Positions 59,995 through 64,000 of a DNA stretch of 64,000 nucleotides are shown piece by piece. The first letter of the stretch is position 1. The number at the start of each line of letters is the position of its first letter. Made by a program: the position numbers and the translations under genes. A model generated the notes under the pieces. That model was not told the DNA's origin. It did not search any database and was given only the letters and a program-made list of their open reading frames with translations. The DNA is from the human T2T-CHM13v2.0 reference genome, Homo sapiens, in NCBI RefSeq assembly GCF_009914755.1, contig NC_060935.1, one strand, 5' to 3'.

Positions 59995-62259
59995 TAAACA
60001 ATTTTATAACTAGGAAGTTTCTCCATTACAAAGCAAGAATTCCATAATGGAAATATACTTGTATTGCATCTAGAGATTCCAGTCCCTTCCTCTATGGTTA
60101 TGGGGAGGTATACTTTAATTATGGACATTCATTTCTCTCCAATTGTTTTCTGAGCTTATGAATAATGAAAGCATATACCATTTATCAGGCATCATTAAGG
60201 ACCTAATGTTAAAAGGCACACTACTGCAATAAGCAGTGGTCTGCCAAGTGTCTCATCAGAAGATGAGCAAATGCTATTGCAGGAGTGAAAGTCAAGTCTA
60301 TCCAGTAAAGCTGATAAAGACTTTGTCTTAGAGAATTCAGAGGATTACCAATAGCACAAAACATTATCTAGATGTCCTCGGCATGTGAGAAACAAGATAT
60401 ACATGAGAGAACATTACTGTCCTCAGAATACCATAACCAATGGTGGAAATAAACAAAAGGACATTGCCAAGTGCCAACTATTTGAAAACAAATCTGAAAC
60501 AAGTGTGTGATATCTTAGTCCAAATATGAACAATGAGGAGATGCAGACTGCATTTTCCCATAATGTCCGAGGCATTTGGAACTAAGGGACCATTATTTAG
60601 GGAAGGAGGAAGGTGCTGAGTTCAAGTGCTTTTGCTTTTGTTTTTGTTTTTAACACATCCTCACTTACCCTGTCTGCTAGTTTTCCAAGAGCTCTGCCAT
60701 TGTTTCAAAAGGTGTGATTACCCTGGCTTTTGAGAAATTCCCAAACCTAAGCATGGGAAAGTTCCTTAGAGGACATCAAGGGAAGACAAGCTCCTACCCA
60801 CCTTGCAAGAATTACTGTTATGGCATTTATAACAAGTAGCCTTCCAGAGTCTGCTTGAATACTTCCAATGATGGGGAGGTGGAAGGTTTGTTACCCACGG
60901 CCCAGCCTTTTTCCATTGCTGGTGAACTCTGACCATGGAAAAATTTTTCCTGTCGATGAAACCTACATTCCTAAAATATCAACCAACATTCTTACCATTT
61001 CTATATTCTTGAAATGTCAACCCACTGGTATAGTTCTAGCATCCACAAACAATTCAAATTCCAATTCTTCTGTTCCCTAGTTGATGTAGCTGAGAATCAC
61101 ATCATAAGTTTCATTAATTTGTGACTTGCAGGGGCGGCTGGAGGAGTGGGAGGGGAAAAGTGTGACACGGCAATGGAAAAGGGGATGGAAGACATTTGGT
61201 TCGCAAGCATATTTTATGTTAGATGCAGTGACAAATACAACTCAAGGCCACAAAACGTGTGTATAATTGTACATATGTGAGTATATGTAGATGTATGTAT
61301 GTGTAAGAATATGTGAGTATATGTGTATACATGTATATGTGTATGTGTGTGCATAAGTATGTATATCTGTACAAAATGCCAAGTCAGCCAACAAAAATCT
61401 TCAAACTATGTTCAATAAGAAATGCAAACATGGAATTTTATGATATTATTTTTAAGGAGAATATAAAATACACTCAAGAGCTAAGCATCGTAGGAGTTAA
61501 CACACTAGAGAGGAAAAAGAATTCAATGAGCTTATGTCTACATTATGGTAAAAATATTATAATCTCAAAATATCTAAATCATTATGTTATGCTTATTATC
61601 TAAACATTTGCTATAAAGTAATGAAGAAGTTCTCAACCACTAAATCAAAATCAATGAATAGATCATGTTACCATGTCCCTTTCTGTAAGTTACTGAGAGG
61701 ATTCTTGGCATGGAGGGGTGTAGGCCAGCAATGCTGCACCTCCCTGAATCTGGTCCAGGATTTACCCTGGCAGTCCCTCTCTGCACTCTGCCTAATTCTG
61801 ATTTCTAGAATCAGAAACCAGTGACTCCTCACGAGAAGTCTGGCTACCCTGAGGTGAACACAGTCCCTGCTGGCAGGATGCTCAATTATTAAATAATAGT
61901 TCAGATATGTTAATTAGATTTCAAGACAGGAAGGAGAACAAACACATACAGAGAAATTTTCTGCAAATTCAGAAACAAACAAGGAAGCAGGGAAGAGGAC
62001 CTTTGGGTAAACTTTGTCAGGATATCCAGTTAACGGATCACAATCTAGAACTAATCAAAATGTTATTCAATTCTATTCATTAAAAAGAATAAAACTGCAT
62101 TCAGAACTAATAAGGTAAAATAATAAACCTATATAAAAAGTTTTTGTTACCATAAATTCAGACACAAATAACTGAATAATTATCATTTTCTAAGTAATAC
62201 ATAGATCCATTCCAAATTCTATAGTCTGGTAGAGTACAAAAATTATTAATTTTGATTCT

Positions 62260-62459
62260 TGGGCCAAATTTGGCATGCCATCTGTTTTGGGGGAAAAAAT
62301 AGTTGAGTTGGAACATGGCCACACTCATTCATTTGTTGTCTATGGCTGTTTTCACGCTACAACGTCAGAGATGAGTAGTTGTGACAAAGACTACTAGGGC
62401 CCACAAAGCCTAAAATATTTACTGTTTGTTCCCTTACAGAAAAAGTTTGCAGACACCTG
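62260..62459. mobile_element. MER58A-like hAT MITE
   Basis: cccacaaagcctaaaatatttact...cttacagaaaaagtttgc. Confidence 0.8.
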
Positions 62460-62666
62460 CCCTACATAATCACCAACCTTAAAATAAACATGTAGGCCAC
62501 CTCGCTAAATCATGCTAGCCTTATAAGGCAGAAAGAACTTTACTTGCTATATAACGCTCGGCCTTTGTTACAAACTAACAACAAAAAGACAGATTTGCAA
62601 AAAAATGTTCCAGGTGTGGTGAGGGTATTTTACACTTGGGAGAAATGCAGCAATGATTCTTCCTAC

Positions 62667-62864
62667 CTGTTTTTCCTCCTCTTCATCTGAAGTGTAATTG
62701 GCATCAGGGACATTTCCCCAGGGTTGGTAACTTTTCAACTTTTCTTCAGTGGACGGCTTATTCTTCTCTTCTGTTGTGTTTTCCTCAACACTTTCTGGGT
62801 TATTTTTCCATTCCTTCATCATCTCTAATACATTGGTTGGTCTCACCGAAGAAAGTTTATTGCC
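62667..62864 (-). CDS. STK33: STK33 penultimate coding exon (66 codons, GNKLSSVRPTNVLEMMKEW...NYTSDEEEEKQ)
   Basis: Acceptor tattag|GGC at 62864 and donor CAG|gtagga at 62667. 198 nt, phase 0/0. The peptide is recognised as the region just after the STK33 kinase domain and joins in frame to the 41899 exon. Confidence 0.95.
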
Positions 62865-64000
62865 CTAATATTAACAATCAATTTTTGGTGTTATAAACAA
62901 CTTAGAGAATTGAGACGATACCTACATCATTTAGCGAGACAGTCTCCCAAATTCAGTAATAGTCACATGGAAAAGATTATAATGCTGAATAAATATGAAA
63001 ACTTCTGATGACCACTGGAGTACAACCCCTGTACTCACATGGCTCACATCCCTTGCATGATATCACGTGTAATATGTCCAAGTTAACAGGGGAAATATTC
63101 AGGCTTGAAAGAACAATGCAGCATGCTTGTGCAAAGAACACTACACAGGGCAATTTCCTGGAACCCAAATACCCCTATAGCGCTGTTCTTAGAAAATTGA
63201 GAGGGAGGCTGAAAGAACTAAAGAAGTTGCCCAAACGCCAGTGCGTCCAGTGCTAAGGATGAGTCTATACAACATCCAAATATCTAGGCAAAAAAAAATC
63301 TAAATTCAGTCAATTAGTCAAGCACTGTGTCTAAGAATATAGATATTTAATTGGAAATCCCTTACCTGTCTGGAAGATTTAAATATAATGTGGTCATTTG
63401 ATTATAACTGACTTGGTACAGTGTTCTTATCCCAGCATATGACTATACCATGCCAAAATTGACCATTTTATATTAACTGTATTTTCCCAAATATAATACC
63501 CCATGTAATGTGCCAAGAAATATATGAATGCAAGCTCAAATAGCTCCTGCTTGATTAGGTGTGTCTTAAATATTTTTGTTCTTACCTCATACTGTTAGAA
63601 AAAATTTAGACAAAAAAATGGATCATATTTAGATTAAAATGAGAAGTTCAGGTGTGGGCATGGCTATGAAGCGATTCTAAATTACCCTGGTATATGGATG
63701 TATTGAAATGTTTAGCATCAGTGACACAGAAAACTATAAGACAGGGTACTTTAGGGGTACCCATCTGAATACACTGTTGAGGACTTGTTGAGTTTAATGT
63801 ATTTGTGGCTAAAGACATAGACAAACACTAAATATGGAATGCTAATAACTAAATGAGGATCACTACGCAATTAATTCTCTGTGATTCTTCTCTGTCCCCT
63901 TGTTTTAAGAAGCTCAGTACTCCTACCACGTTCATAACATCCCATTACACCTTACACTGGTTTTGCACTTGTTTGTCCCTTACCTACTTACTCCTAGAAT

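Overview
Primate, most likely human, genomic DNA. The right part holds the last two coding exons of STK33 on the minus strand (62667-62864 and 41699-41899, both phase 0), the 3' UTR with two AATAAA signals, and the ~20.8 kb last intron. From recalled human gene order (11p15.4, not checked here), the GC-rich left ~39 kb is the intergenic interval running towards LMO1. It contains several short non-repeat islands dense in homeodomain/POU motifs that look like enhancers. The rest is transposon-derived: a full-length L1PA4-like element with a 17-bp TSD lying antisense in the STK33 last intron, a nested L1PB/THE1/Alu cluster, a solo LTR13A, Tigger6a, MER21, MaLR LTRs, Alus, MIR/L2/L3 and microsatellites. 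No prokaryote-type system, RNA gene or CRISPR array is present. The most interesting unexplained structure is the intronic L1: its antisense ORF0 is intact and has a GT donor in phase with the STK33 terminal exon 4 kb away, predicting a possible 151-aa ORF0-STK33 fusion (a hypothesis, not shown). Repeat subfamily calls come from remembered consensus sequences, and repeat ends are approximate unless a TSD is quoted.
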